This document shows, piece by piece, positions 16,666 to 30,389 of a stretch of 64,000 nucleotides of DNA. Both the position numbers and the translations under genes were made by a program. Positions within the stretch are counted from its first letter, which is position 1, and every line of letters begins with the position of its first letter. The notes beneath the pieces were generated by a model. The model made no database searches. It was given only the letters and a program-made list of their open reading frames with translations, and was not told the origin of the DNA. Origin of the DNA: Octopus vulgaris (Eukaryota); contig OX597817.1 in the NCBI GenBank assembly GCA_951406725.2, forward strand, positions 121,768,001 through 121,832,000, in the 5' to 3' direction.

Positions 16666-16899
16666 TAGAGTTCACGGCATCCAGACACTACGAAGAAAAA
16701 ATACCATACAAATATCAACAGTAAAATTAATATATTTTTAATTCCCAAGTTTTACGAAAGCCGGGGAAAAGTTGCATAACTGGGAGACACCAGAACAACG
16801 CTTAATAAGTCGATTGGGACACAATAAGCGCTATAGGGAGTCATTATTATGTATAGTTCAAACTAGTATGGTAGGTCACATTGACATAGCAAATTGATT

Positions 16900-17300
16900 T
16901 GCAATATCAATGATACATTGAATGAAATAGAGACGATCTAATGATATTTTCTTGAAATATTTACAATGTCAAGAAATAGCTATGTTCAACAACAACATTG
17001 GCTGTTGACGTGGAGATGGAATTTGGCCAACGGAAACGTTCATATTTGATATATGAACGCAGAGAATCTGTTTCCAAAATACACTATCTTTGCATCAATA
17101 ATCTATATATCTTCTATGTTCGACACAAGGAATGCCACAAATATCTACATATAGATGAAGATACAACAGGTAAGTTTTGGCGAAGGAAAATAGAGAAGGC
17201 AGCCTTAAACAATATAGCAGTCGGTATGTCCCTCTCAGAATAAGACAATATTCTACAATGCATTCGCAGTACCTGTACGGATACCAACGAGTAATTAGTT
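16900..17300 (+). mobile_element. Decayed RLE-type (R4/Dong-like) LINE RT C-terminal remnant
   Basis: DVEMEFGQRKRSYL...ECHKYLHIDE...NKTIFYNAFAVPV matches the 'DIGMEFG.DKC...YKYLG..E...NK..A.N.FAVPV' pattern. It appears to resume after the mariner at ~18540-18630. Confidence 0.6.
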
Positions 17301-17329
17301 ATTTATGAAGGACAACCACACTAAACATA

Positions 17330-18533
17330 CGAGGTGGTATCAAAAAGGTCCTGGACTAGTTATGTTCAATGAAGTCATCTTGCATAGCAATACACCGGTC
17401 CCAGCGTTCTTCCACTCTTGGAAGTCGTTTTGCGTAAGCGAGTCGAGAACCTTCTGCGATTCACCCTGGATCTCGACAACAGTATTTAAACGACGACCTT
17501 TGAACTGCGTTCTCATCTTGGGGAAGAGATGGAAGTCCCCAGGTGCTTAAAGTGTCAAACAGCGCGGTTGCAGAAGCAATGCCATTTTTTTTGGCGAGAA
17601 ACTCACGAGTGAGGAGAGCTCGGTAGCAGGGTGCATTGTCGTCGTGAAGAATTCAATTCTTCGTGTTTCACAGATCCGGTCGTTTTCGCCAAATGTCTTC
17701 CCTCAAACGCTTCAAAACGTCGCAGTAGAATTCTTGATTGACAGTCTGACCCATAATCTTGATTGTGCTGCGGCTCTGTGGTGCTATCTTCGGTTATATA
17801 GATGAAGGGCTCATCCATTTTAATGACTGCTGCTTCATCTCAGAATCATACCTGTAAGCAAAACTCTCGTCACCGGTGATGATCATTGACGTTAAAGGAT
17901 GGGTCATCAACGTGACGCTGACGGAGGTCTTGACAGACTTCGATGCAATGTTCTTTCTGCTCAGCGGTCAGCAAGCGGGAGAGAAAGAAAATTACAGAGA
18001 GACACTGCATGTTCAATTCTCACGTTAGTGTTGCCTGCACGGATCCATGCAATAGACGGACATCAGCAATGTCGTTGATTGTCCTTTGACGACCCTCATA
18101 CACAAACTGATGAATTTTCTCCACAGTTCCCGAGATGACGCTCATGGCAGGCCTTCCAGATCGCTCACCGTCTTCCAGGGACGTTCTTCAGTTTTTGAAG
18201 AAAGCACCTTTATTACTCGTAACATTGCGTACGACCCACTGCCTCGTTGCTGTAAGCTTGCCGAAGCATGCGCATTGACATCGTAGCAAACTTATGAATT
18301 TTAATGTAAGCTTTTACGTCGACTCTTTGTTTCTAATTCCTGTCCATGACAAAATTGAAGACGACAGCATACACGTGATCTCAAAAAACAAAAATTCCAC
18401 TGGAAAAACAGTAATTTCACTCGGCACACCGCCTCATGAATGCCACTGCTAACTCTCACAGAGCACGCAACCGTGTGCAGCTATCTATTAGCGTACTACA
18501 GAACTTGTACGGAAACTTTGTGATTCTACCCCG
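17330..18533 (-). mobile_element. Near full-length degenerate mariner (DD34D) with TIRs
   Basis: Left end is TA|CGAGGTGGTATCAAAAAGGTCC; the reverse complement of the right end is CGGGGTAGAATCACAAAGTTTCC. Minus-strand motifs: RTSLEDGERSGRP, ITGDESFAYRYDSEMKQQS, LHDDNAP, APGDFHLFPKM. Confidence 0.9.
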
Positions 18534-18644
18534 CATTTAGGCCAGAAATTAATTTCAGACTTCCAGTGAAGCAATGATAATAATCTGTTCTGTCTTAGAA
18601 GAAAAGAGCAAATATGAAAAATAATACTTTTAAAGACAATATAT

Positions 18645-18876
18645 ATTTCTTTACTACCCACAAGGGGCTAAACACAGAGGGGACAAACAAGGACAGACAA
18701 AGGGATTAAGTCGACTACATCGACCCCAGTGCATAACTGGTACTTAATTTATCGACCCCGAAAGGATGAAAGGCAAAGGCGACCTCGGCGGAATTTGAAC
18801 TCGGAACGTAACGACAGACGAAATACGGCTACGAATTTCGCCCGGCGTGCTAACGTTTCTACCAGCTCGCCGCCTT
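18645..18876 (-). mobile_element. SINE family 2, young copy with a 12-bp target-site duplication
   Basis: Reverse complement starts AAGGCGGCGAGCTGG...GTTCAAATTCC (tRNA-like head). AAGACAATATAT flanks it at 18633-18644 and 18878-18889. Confidence 0.92.
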
Positions 18877-19606
18877 GAAGACAATATATGTGTGTCATAT
18901 GGTATCACATAAGATGCAATTCGAGGTAAAGAACAGCAGCAGATTCAATAAGTAAGCCAAGTACTCAAAAGTGAATAGAACAGCATTCTACGAGTAGGTA
19001 GGTTACTTTACGGAAGTATTCACTTCCCATTACCTCCTTTGTGATCTAATATTTCAGAACTATCACACATCAACAAAGACCTGGAAGAAAAACAGCATGC
19101 GTATCCAGAAAATGTGAACACTTCTTCAAATTATACTGATTGGAATATATTATATGAATTTATATTTGGATGTTATCGTTATATTCATCGTTTAACTAAT
19201 CGCTAAACAGTGTGTTATTACTATGTTTAGAGAAGAATGTGACAAGCAAGACATTTATTCTTTATATTTACATAAACATTATTTCCTTTTAATAATGCAA
19301 TGCTGAGAGCTTTTGAAATTTACTTAGACTGATATATGTATATATATATATATATATATTTCGATGGGTGAATGAAATATCCTATGTTTTTTTCCTAAGC
19401 CTTTGACCATTCTTTTAATCAACGTATCCCTCCCTCGCTATTTGTTCCCTAATTACTATCCCTTTAACCCTTCACCTCCTTCTATCTGCCTTTGACGTCA
19501 AATCTACTAACGGTTTTTTTTAATACTTAATAACGTTCTGTTTATCATGTAGGCAGCTATCGTAAATGTTATAATGTCTTGTTGTTGAAAGAGGTTCTCT
19601 TTCTTT

Positions 19607-19688
19607 CTTTCCTGATGAGAAGATTGCATCTTACATCGTTTATTCCTTTGGAATAAAACCATGCTGACTTCGAAACATATGTCGAAAG
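19607..19688 (+). ncRNA. Intact type I hammerhead ribozyme with long stem II
   Basis: CUUUC-CUGAUGA-GAAG...GCAU...UUUAUUCC(uuu)GGAAUAAA...AUGC...CUUC-GAAA-CAUAUG-UC|GAAAG. Perfect core, GUC cleavage triplet (after 19683) and palindromic stem III ACAUAUGU. It sits inside a ~390-bp element between TA arrays (19340-19725). Confidence 0.88.
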
Positions 19689-19974
19689 TAAAGGAATTTT
19701 ATTAACATCTTCGTTCAACTCCATTTATATATATATATATATACAGATCGAGAGAGACAGAGAGCTGTAAATACAAACTCACACACATGTATGTGTGTGT
19801 GTTTGTGCGTGTGCGTGAGTGCATGCATTCATGTGTGTGTGTCTGTGTGTTGAACTTTAGAATACAGAAATTTCAGTTGTGCATAAATATTCTTATAAAT
19901 ATTCATCTTTTTACCGATTGTTCACATCTACAGCGCAGATTTATATGAATTTTGCTTTTGTTCTTGGGGAACTA

Positions 19975-20692
19975 TCAGGTCATTAAGAATGAAATGTCCG
20001 ATTTTCTTATGCAGCAAGTTTGACAGACGTTACCTTTAATGACTTATCCTGACAACGCTTTGTTTTACAACATTGAAGAGTTACATCATTACATTTCGAA
20101 ATGTTATTCATGGTGTCTGATTACATTGTGAGTTTTCTCATGTAAATCAATTTTTGTGAACCTATGGCTTGATAAGAAATTCGTGTTGTTTATCAATATG
20201 ATTTCCGTCGAGGAACCAATGCATCCCAGACAACTCGAAATATCAATGAGTTGTTTGGTGAAGATATGGCGAATGCACGGACTGTACGTCAATGGTTTGA
20301 GAAGGTCCGGTCTGGTGATTTTTCCTCTTGAAAATCAACCCCATGTTAGACCTGAGACCAAGGTGGATAATTATGAGCTGGAAACTGTAGTGGAAGCTTA
20401 TACATCTCAAATAACCCGCCAGTTAGCTCAAAGTTTGATATTTCTATTCCATCTATATTGGACCATCTGAAACAACTCGGCAAGATAAAGAAGCTGGACA
20501 AGTGGGTACCCCACGAACTGAATAAGTATCAAATAACACTTCTTCATGGAACTTAGTGTTCTTTGGCTGTCCCGACATAAAAGCGAACCATTTTTGCATC
20601 GTATTGTTGCATATGATGAAAAATGGATTCTGTTTAATAATAGCAAGCGTTCTAAACGGTTGCTGGATAGAGACGAAGTGCCAAAACACATC
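19975..20692 (+). mobile_element. Mariner transposase 5' half, decayed
   Basis: YDFRRGTNASQTTRNINELFGE...RTVRQWFEKVRSGDF, KKLDKWVPHEL, PFLHRIVAYDEKWILFNN. Confidence 0.9.
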
Positions 20693-21976
20693 CAATTAGA
20701 AGGAAATATATATTAGAAGGACACTGAATATTTGAAGGCATTTTATGTTTGTTTTTTCTATGCTTTTCACAAATGCGATGTATTTTGGGAATACCATGCA
20801 ACGTTTAGTAGATTATGATTGAGTCAACATCATTATTAATATTATTATACTGTTGATTTTTATCGGTGTTTACCAATATACCAGTCTCGATAGAGGCAGT
20901 GTAATCAAAAACCTTAAATCTAAGCATGATTAGTCACTTCTTTGTAAGCAGAAATACGTTACTATATTACTCGTTTCTTACTCTTATAAATACGATATTG
21001 TGTGATCTTAAAAATTATTTGGCTGTTTTTGCATATATAATCGAGGGACAGTATAAAGACTCCCATTTCTAACGACGCTTTGTTATTGTTTAACTACATC
21101 TCAACCTTGATTGAGCATATTTATTGTGTATTGTATTGCAGACACTATGTTATGCCTCTTTGGTTAAGATGATAAAGTTTAATGCGAAGATTTGGCTACT
21201 ATTTCAAGTAGTTAGGGCAGTCACGTAAGGACTCTATCATTTCGTCAGTTCTGGAATTTCTTAATACTTAAGTAGACGTAAAACAATTCTGTCAAATACG
21301 CCCTAAATACTAGCATCGAATTGTGACATAAAAAAAAAACAAAAACAGAAAAAGTACAAATGACGCATTTTAATGTAGAAAATGACTGATACACAGAAAG
21401 TACCTTAGTATATAATAGGTACTGATCAATCTAAATGCCATGAAATATTTACTTATTTTATTAACATTTCTGCTAAAGCATATCTCATCCATATTTGATT
21501 AAATACGAGGTTAAAACACTAGTAACGCATATTCAAATTTTACTCCTAATATATGGTATAGTAGTACAACCCCCCTACACACACATACACACTTATTATT
21601 TGTGAAGCAAAAATAATTTTGGCTCTTTTTGGAGGAGTTTACGATTATTCGATTATTTTGTTTACGATTATTCGTTTCTGATCATTCTTGACTGACGCAG
21701 AAAATATCACTGATCATTTCAACGAGGAAATCCTGCCTTTAACATAAACAAATTTTCCCCAAGCTGCGTTTCATTTGCATATATTTGTTTAAAGGACAGT
21801 TGTAACATGTATATAAGCACACACAGATACACACATAAACTCTCACACACACACTGTTACACACAAATCACACACATGGACTCAAACACATATATACATA
21901 TATGTATATATAGGCATATAAATCTATGCAAATATATGTATACTTGTGCATATATATATGTGTGTGTGTGTGTGTG

Positions 21977-22013
<37 letters not shown>

Positions 22014-22339
22014 AGCATACATACACACGCACAGATAGAGACACACACATATATGTTTCACATTATACATATGTAAAAGGGAAACGTTATTTTCGTCAAT
22101 GTAATTTTAACGTCTAATTAAATTCATTCGAATCCTTACATATCGGTATTTCTGTCATTGGGTGGTAAAAGATAAAACAAAACTGAAAAAAAAGGGGGAA
22201 TAATATGAACAAAAAATTAAAAAACAACAAAAGGTAACAAGTGTTCATTTTGTTCCGTACGTTTACAACATAGGTAAAAAGACTTAATCATGAAACAGTT
22301 ACATGTTTGTTGATAATGTTTGCAACTGATGATAATGTT

Positions 22340-22640
22340 ATTGATGTCAATCACCTACGAAAACACAAATTAGCCTTGCGGACAAAGACAAACAACAGGA
22401 TGAAATCAGCATGTTTTGCGAATATACTTTGTAGTTTTTTTGCTCTGATAACAACATGTGTTGGAATGTTTTGGTTTTCGTTCTTGAGGGAATTGCAGAT
22501 AGGTTCTCTATGCGTCTAATGTATCTACCATGGTATTCCTTCATTCATTGATAGTCTGATTACAAGAGTAACGAACAATTCTAAGCCGCTGGCTTTCAGA
22601 CACAGGTACATGAAAACTTGAGCATACATATTTTTTCTGA
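22340..22640 (-). pseudogene. Piezo-like relic: inner helix / C-terminal domain
   Basis: ASGLELFVTLVIRL (frameshift) HGRYIRRIENLS...FQHMLLSEQKNYKV vs PIEZO1 AGYGIMGLYVSIVLVIGKFVRGFFS...CQDIFLVRE. Confidence 0.5.
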
Positions 22641-22840
22641 TGATAATATGATTAAGAGGAGGTGAGATGTTATTAGTAATTTTACTTATGCAAGACTGTT
22701 TTTTTTTGTTTTTTTTTTGTTTCTCTACTTTCATTTGTCATCTCCCAATAATATATAAGATTTGCTATTTTCAGAATGGAAAAGAAGCAAATAAAAGTGA
22801 ATCGGTGGATCTCTCTCTCTCTCCCTCTCACACGCACGCA

Positions 22841-22940
<100 letters not shown>

Positions 22941-23384
22941 AATATATATTTATATATATATATATTTATATATACAGAGAGAGAGAGAGAGAAAGGGAGG
23001 GAAAGATAGGTTGATCTGTATACATATATGTACACACACAAACTCACGCGTGCGCGCAGACACATATATATCCATATTAGTAGGAAAATATATATGTATT
23101 TACATCCACACCACACAGACACACACACACACACGCGCACACATATATGAATGAATATATAAACATACTTATAAATGTGTACTTTTATGTTTAAATATCT
23201 ATTATACAAAAAATTATATTTGTATAATCTTAAGACAACCGAATGTTTGCTGCTGATCACGATCGTAAATCTAATTCTTCCAAATAAATAACACTAAAGT
23301 TATCTATATGGTACGGTATTTTGTTTTGTACTGTATACTACATATATACATATAAATTTACTGCGAGGCCAGCTGACGTATTAC

Positions 23385-23656
23385 ATGCAAATCAAAACGG
23401 CTGTTTGTACTATGTTCAATAAACTACTGCTATGAAGAGTGATTTTATATAGTAAGGTGTGTGGGCAAGCGAAGGATAGTGGTTCTTCTCGATTATAGAG
23501 GTTTACTCTAAAGGAGCCTTGTAAGAAAATTCCCAAATTTATTTTTCTGTTTACTTAAAAGTATAAAGGGATAGTCTCTCCATCTTTACAGTTTCCGAAG
23601 ATACAACAGTAGAGGTGTCTCTGTTATTACACACGCTTCAAGCGTTCTGCATACAC
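23385..23656 (-). pseudogene. Piezo-like relic: outer helix / start of cap
   Basis: Acceptor TTTGTATGCAG|. GVCRTLEACVITETPLLLYL vs GGLIILFLIAIIWFPLLFMS. Confidence 0.45.
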
Positions 23657-23780
23657 CTGCATACAAATAATTACCTATCTATATATGTATATGCTCTCAT
23701 CTGTTTTCATTTATAAAAATTCTTCCTCTGAAGAAGGAGTTGATTTCTAAAAGATATAAAGTTCCATCGTTGGAATATTA

Positions 23781-24014
23781 TTGTGTCGACGCCCCCAGAC
23801 GGTGAAGTAGGCTAGCCCAATACGTAGATATAGAAGGAGTAGTCTAGACGTCGAGTAAAGGTCATCCGAACGTGCGATATAACAGTGGCGACGAGGATGA
23901 GATCCACTATTATATCGTACGTTCGGATGACCTCTATTCAACTCCTGAACGTCTTCTCCCTCTATATCTACGTATTGGGCTAGCCTACTTCATCGTCTGG
24001 GGGCGTCGACACAA
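23781..24014. repeat. ~234-bp GC-richer foldback hairpin (MITE-like)
   Basis: Arms 23781-23888 and 23904-24014 are near-perfect reverse complements with one internal bulge; 15-nt loop. Confidence 0.93.
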
Positions 24015-24074
24015 CAAATTTAGATAGCAATGTCACTTTTAAACTTTAGAAAAGTCTTGCATATTTTTACAGTT

Positions 24075-24400
24075 CCACTTGCAGATTGATATTTCTAATG
24101 TGCGCGTTACTTGTTGGATTTTCTTTTCTGAAAATTCACGATCATCCAGAATGTCAGTTTGGCATTTACTCACAAAACAAAAGGCACTAGTTATTATTTG
24201 TATAAAAGTAAATTTGCAATCTGAATATAGAAATGGGATTCTGGAAGCATTTGTGAATAGTTATCTACTTTCTCTTTGATGTTCAAAGACATATTCACAT
24301 CAGCAAGACAGCTGACCTCTATGACAGTACATACAATTTCTATTCTATCACTAGCAGAAATATCCAATATGTTACGCTTACACTTGACTGATACGTTGAT
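24075..24400 (-). pseudogene. Piezo-like relic: anchor region
   Basis: SVKCKRNILDISA (cf. FVKCIYFALSA), then after a frameshift LFTNASRIPFLY (cf. LFQGFRLVPFLVEL) and AFCFVSKCQ (cf. ANIFIIKCS). Confidence 0.55.
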
Positions 24401-24483
24401 GGATATGTTCCAAAAGTATTCCACATACACGCACACACTCACACACACACACATACACATACACATTAATATTTAGCAGAAGT

Positions 24484-24742
24484 AACAGAGTAACTGAAGG
24501 GACCATAGTTTCGTGCGTTAACACTTAGCAACATTTGACAAGTGCTAACACACTCTCAGCCCTCAAGTCCTACAGTTAAGCCTGGCAAATAGAAATTCAA
24601 CACATACACACGCACATGCATACGCGCACACACATGCAAACGCACGCACACACACGCGCGCGCACACACACACACACGCACACACAAACACACACACATA
24701 TATATACATATATTCATATCTACTAACTTTATATGAGATATG
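24484..24742. repeat. Direct-repeat copy of 27141-27320
   Basis: Both copies share AACAGAGTAACTGAAGGG.CCATAGT...CAACATTTGACAAGTGCTAA.ACACT...CATATCTAC...TTTATATGAGATATGT. Confidence 0.85.
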
Positions 24743-24980
24743 TGAAAGAAATAGCGATCAACTAAATTTATACGCTACAAACACTATTAACAAAGTGCAA
24801 GACGCAATTTCCATTATTTTTAGTGCTTACGATGCGGTATACAATAAAAACCCCACCCCCTTTGCTGAAGCTGTACAAGACTGAACCGAAGCTGTGCAAT
24901 ATGTCAATATTTTATCTTTATCTTGTCAAATGTAAACAGCTGCTTAATGCACAATTTAATATTCCGCACACATTAATGTT

Positions 24981-25055
<75 letters not shown>

Positions 25056-25159
25056 AAAGAGAGAGGGATGCAATCGGGCGAACTCTCACAGACCTTTATA
25101 TATATACATATATATATATCAATATATATATATATATGTATATATATGTATATATAATA

Positions 25160-25585
25160 ATAATATTAGGGAATAAATCCAAACTTACAGGGAAAAATTA
25201 GATTTAGGATTAAATCCAATTTGATAGTATAAATATATTATATTATATTATATTAAATTAGAGATAAAACCACTATTAGGCAAATCAAACAGTGAAAAAC
25301 ATAAGCCAATACATAAAATTAATTTAAAAATATAAAAGTTAAAAATAAAAATTTATTTAAATAATTTAAACTTATTAATTTTATATATGAATTATTAATT
25401 GAATCTAGATTATTGTTATTCGAATTGGTACAGCCATGAAACGATTGTAGTGTTTTACTCTTTATCTTTTATAAAACTTTTAATACTTTTGATATATATT
25501 TAAAAAAATGAATAAATAAATAAATAACTAAATTAATAAATAAAATAATATATAAATATAAAAATATACATATATATATATATTT

Positions 25586-25617
<32 letters not shown>

Positions 25618-25757
25618 TTGTATATATATATAAAATTTAAATTATTTAAATAATTTTTTATTTTTAACTTTTATATTTTAAAATTAATTTTACGTATTGG
25701 CTTATGTTTTTCATTGTTTGATTTGCCTAATAGTGGTTTTATCTCTAATTTAATATA
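25160..25757. mobile_element. AT-rich (TA)n-flanked element with ~120-bp inverted repeats
   Basis: Arm ~25247-25370 is the near-perfect reverse complement of ~25636-25757. Confidence 0.85.
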
Positions 25758-25881
<124 letters not shown>

Positions 25882-25897
25882 TATATATATATACATA

Positions 25898-26493
<596 letters not shown>

Positions 26494-26521
26494 TTTAGAG
26501 TTTATGTATATTTTAGTATGT

Positions 26522-27070
26522 TAAACTCGTAAATTGCTCGAAAAGGCTTCCATCGACAATGCAACATTCCTGAAAACACTCCAGAACACATTCACACTGA
26601 ATTCAACACTAATGCCGATCTGCTTCTTTCTGAATAAACTGTTCCCAGGTGGAATCTTTAAATTCATACATTGTCTGAGAAATTTCTCTCGCAAACATCA
26701 TTCTCTACCACGCCCCCCATTAAGAACTTGGTGGCTATTTGATGCCACTAAGTCATCTGATCGACTGTTGTAGTATGATACTGTTAAGGTAACCCTTCAT
26801 TGCCCAGTATTATGAAGAGGTACTCCCTTTTGTTAGAAAAACAATTAGGAGGAGTTAGCTCTAGTTCTGAGTTGGTGTATTATCACGTGGCCCAACCTTT
26901 TTAGGGTATTGGTACAATCTAGAGTACCATCAAAGGCAATCGGGCCTACAAAACAGTTACCACCGTAAATATCACGAAAGCAATTTCGTGTATACGGCTA
27001 AAGCTAAAAAGCGTCGAAATTCTCTAAACGGCTGAGGAAATTCCGGCAGAATCAAGTAATAAAGCTTATG
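26522..27070 (-). pseudogene. Piezo-like relic: PRPS..FW / FHR..L..G / DVY..FWAF region
   Basis: LILPEFPQPFREF..LAVYT(fs)EIAFV vs AMLSIPRPSKRFWMTAIVFTEIAVV. LLLIVFL(fs)KREYLFIILG vs QLMALFFHRSQLLCYG. EKFLRQCMNLK...ISVEFSVNVFWSVF vs RRFFHDILHTK...VVDFIIIIFGFWAF. Confidence 0.65.
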
Positions 27071-27586
27071 TGTTTTCACTTTTCCGTTTTTCCCTAACTG
27101 CATCATGCTCTTACATCTACATTTTAAACTTCTTGTCACAAACAGAGTAACTGAAGGGCCCATAGTACCGTCCTTTAACACTTATCAACATTTGACAAGT
27201 GCTAAGACACTTTCGGCCCTCGTGTCATACATTTCTAGCAAATATTAGTTCTAACCCCCCCCCCACACACACACATAAATTTATATATAATCATATCTAC
27301 AATCTTTATATGAGATATGTCTTATATCACCCTTGATAATAAAGCTATATGATAAAATAAGTTTCAACCGTAAATATTTAATCGCTTTTGAATGTCGGGA
27401 AGAGGAGTGACCAACAACTTTTCTGCGAAAGATTCGGAAGGTATTCCTCATTCGATATATTATTCAAAGGCTATTCTCTTTATAAACTGAGTAGTAGGGC
27501 TGTGTTCTAGTGCGCTAGTTTCTATTCTCTGTTAATTATAAATAACAGCATTTGCCTGATTCATCTTTTCAGACACCTAAACACCT

Positions 27587-27900
27587 ACATTTCGAAATGA
27601 AATGCTGTAAATAAGGTAGTTGAAGTAAAATGCTCAATCAAAATAATAAAGATCTTAAGATGAAAATATTCTTTCAAAATAAGTGAGATCTGTAATGGAG
27701 AAGAAGTAGACAGCGGAAATAATATTGATATATTGCTATTGAAATATTTATAATGATGGATTATCATGTCTTATCCAATGTAAAAATCATATGAACAGAA
27801 ATTACACTCCAAATTGAAATGAACGAATTTGTTTTCTTAAAAAATAAAAACATTTCACTTGAATCGCATAGTTGTTGTTTGACGTGAACAAGATTCAGCT
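27587..27900 (-). pseudogene. Piezo-like relic: AHSE..CYF..ILNH region
   Basis: FISIWSVISVHMIF and MIIHHYKYFNSNISILFPL vs LRAVYQCVAAHSEL and IIILNHMVTASAGSLVLPV. Confidence 0.5.
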
Positions 27901-30389
27901 GTCTAGTAATCTCTACTTTCCCTTCATTAGACTCAACGTATCGCCTCAATTACTCAAGGTAGCAAGCTAAAGACGAACGGAGGCTGTACGAAGTCGTTCG
28001 ACCTCTAGAAATATCAGCTAAATTCACTTAACTGTCACATAGATATATTTTAAAAACGTTAGCTGCAGTCATCATTACTGGAACAACATCCACCATTTTG
28101 TAAGAGATAATCCAGGTATAAAGAAATTCAAAATTTCCTAGTGGGGAACCTGGATAATAGTTGTGTAAAATCCTAAATTTTAAAGGTTACTCCATATATG
28201 TGATCATGATCCTATGGTTATCGAAGCACATTCGTTTGTGTCTCCATATATCTCTTAATTGTATCTCATTTCGTATTAGCAATAGTTATAAATCAATGAC
28301 TAACATTTAAAATTAAATTAAAAGTAATTAAGATAATTAGAAATGCCGTCAAAAGTCACGATAGCAATAATTAAATGTCATACAAGGTCGTTTCATAAAG
28401 CACAAACGATACGAGTCGATTGTAGCAATTCTGTGTTCTTTCCGTTATGGAGTTTTAATTATTTAAAATATTTAAAAGTTTTTATTTAAATAGTAGCATC
28501 GTTTCATTAAATCACTGGTGAACCGTATATTGTGTATTTGAATGATTTTAAAACATTATGAAACTTCAAGCACTATCTCAGTTCAAAGCAAAATAGTATT
28601 GCGATTGAGAATGAATTTAAAATAGATGTTTCGTTCCTTTTTCTGGTGCGTTACCACAATAAAAGACGGGTTGAAGACAGGATGCTTGGCAAAATGCTTC
28701 TTTGTTTGCCTGATCAAAAGAAGCTTAATGAATAAAATATTACAAAACTGTGCACCAATTTTGATTTAAATGCCGGTCTGTTCAAATACTTAGCTACCTA
28801 GTAAAACGGGTTCAGAGCGTAGCTTTATAACGTAGAAAACAATGACGTAAGACAGTTTTATGACTATAGAAAGGCATATAAAATTTAGGAAGGATATCGT
28901 TTACATAAAAAAAGATGAAAAAAATTTCACATACAATTTAAAATTTTCATAGTCAACCCAAGAACAGAAGAGAGGTCGCTGCTCGGCCACTAGAAATATT
29001 AACTAAATTGGTATTCCGCGCCCTTCCGTTCGAAAAATTAGAAGTATATTTCTTAGAAATAAGGCGTGATATTTATGGCTGGAATGCAATTTTCTCATAG
29101 GTCCGCTAGGAAAGAGATGGCATGGTACCAAATATAAAAATCATTTCAGAACTGATACAACGAACTAAGCGACAGGTATAAATTTATGAATTAAGTATAC
29201 GTGGTTCAAATGAATTAATAGGTATTTTAATAAACCGAGAACACAGTAAGGTGCAAAATAAAAATGATTGAAATAAGTACAAGTGGAAATGGAAAATACA
29301 CCTCTTTACTGACAACTCCGATGCTTAATCGTATTGTTACGATTATTCAACGGAATATATTTTCTTATATCAGCAATTTGCATGGTCTTTTCCTTCAGAA
29401 ACTCACACAGATTAAGGTGAATACGTTCTGCAAAAAAGCATACAGGTGGCTGGGGATGCAACATTACTCTCACAATACAACGACAAAAATTTGTCATCGA
29501 CAAAGATTGAGGAATGCCATCCTTTCTTCGTCTTCTTTGCATCTTCAAAGAGCACATCATGGTTTGAAGCCTATTACTTATTCAAATATATCAAACAGCT
29601 GCTGTATGATGGAACCGGATATGAGACCGTAGTGTATTCTGAATTGCCGTATCATATATCTGCCGGTCCGTTTGAAGAATGGGAAAATTTGCATTGGTGC
29701 ATTCTTAGAATTTCGCGTAAAAAATGCCTACAGCAGAAATGTACTACTTTGAAGTCCGCATACATCGCATTTGACAAGAATGGAATATATATTCTCACTA
29801 CGAAATCATGGTTAACAGTCGCTGGATAAATTTACATCAAATCATAACTTTGGGTGTTTCAGGGGAAGAAGTTCCTGCACGACGTTCATCTAGCCTCATT
29901 ATAGGATTTCAGGACAGTTGCAAGATGAACCTACATAACATAACCGAAAGTGTACCTTAATAGAGGTTTCTTGGAATATGTTGCGGAGTGGAATGACAGT
30001 TTGGAAAGGGGTGCAGTCTCGCATTCTACATGTAAGTTGGGGAGTCACTTTGATATCATTTTCTGAGTCAGTACATCATTCTCTTTGTTCAGTCTTCAAC
30101 AATGTTAGCATAATCACTCAGACGGCATGTATAATACTGTATTGAACATCCTACACTGGAGTTTACATCTGCTTGAAAATATTGTATATTCTTTAGGTGA
30201 CAAATATTTCGAGTACACGTAAATGGCGAGCTGCAGTAGGAACTACAATTTGTAGGCAAGATTCTTGAGACAAGGAGTTTTGATATTCGACAAGTGGAAC
30301 AGTACAGCCCCTAAAATGAAACGAACGTGTTCCCGGATAAAAGACAGCTTATATAAGGATTAAATAAATCTCGTTTAACGTCTACACCT

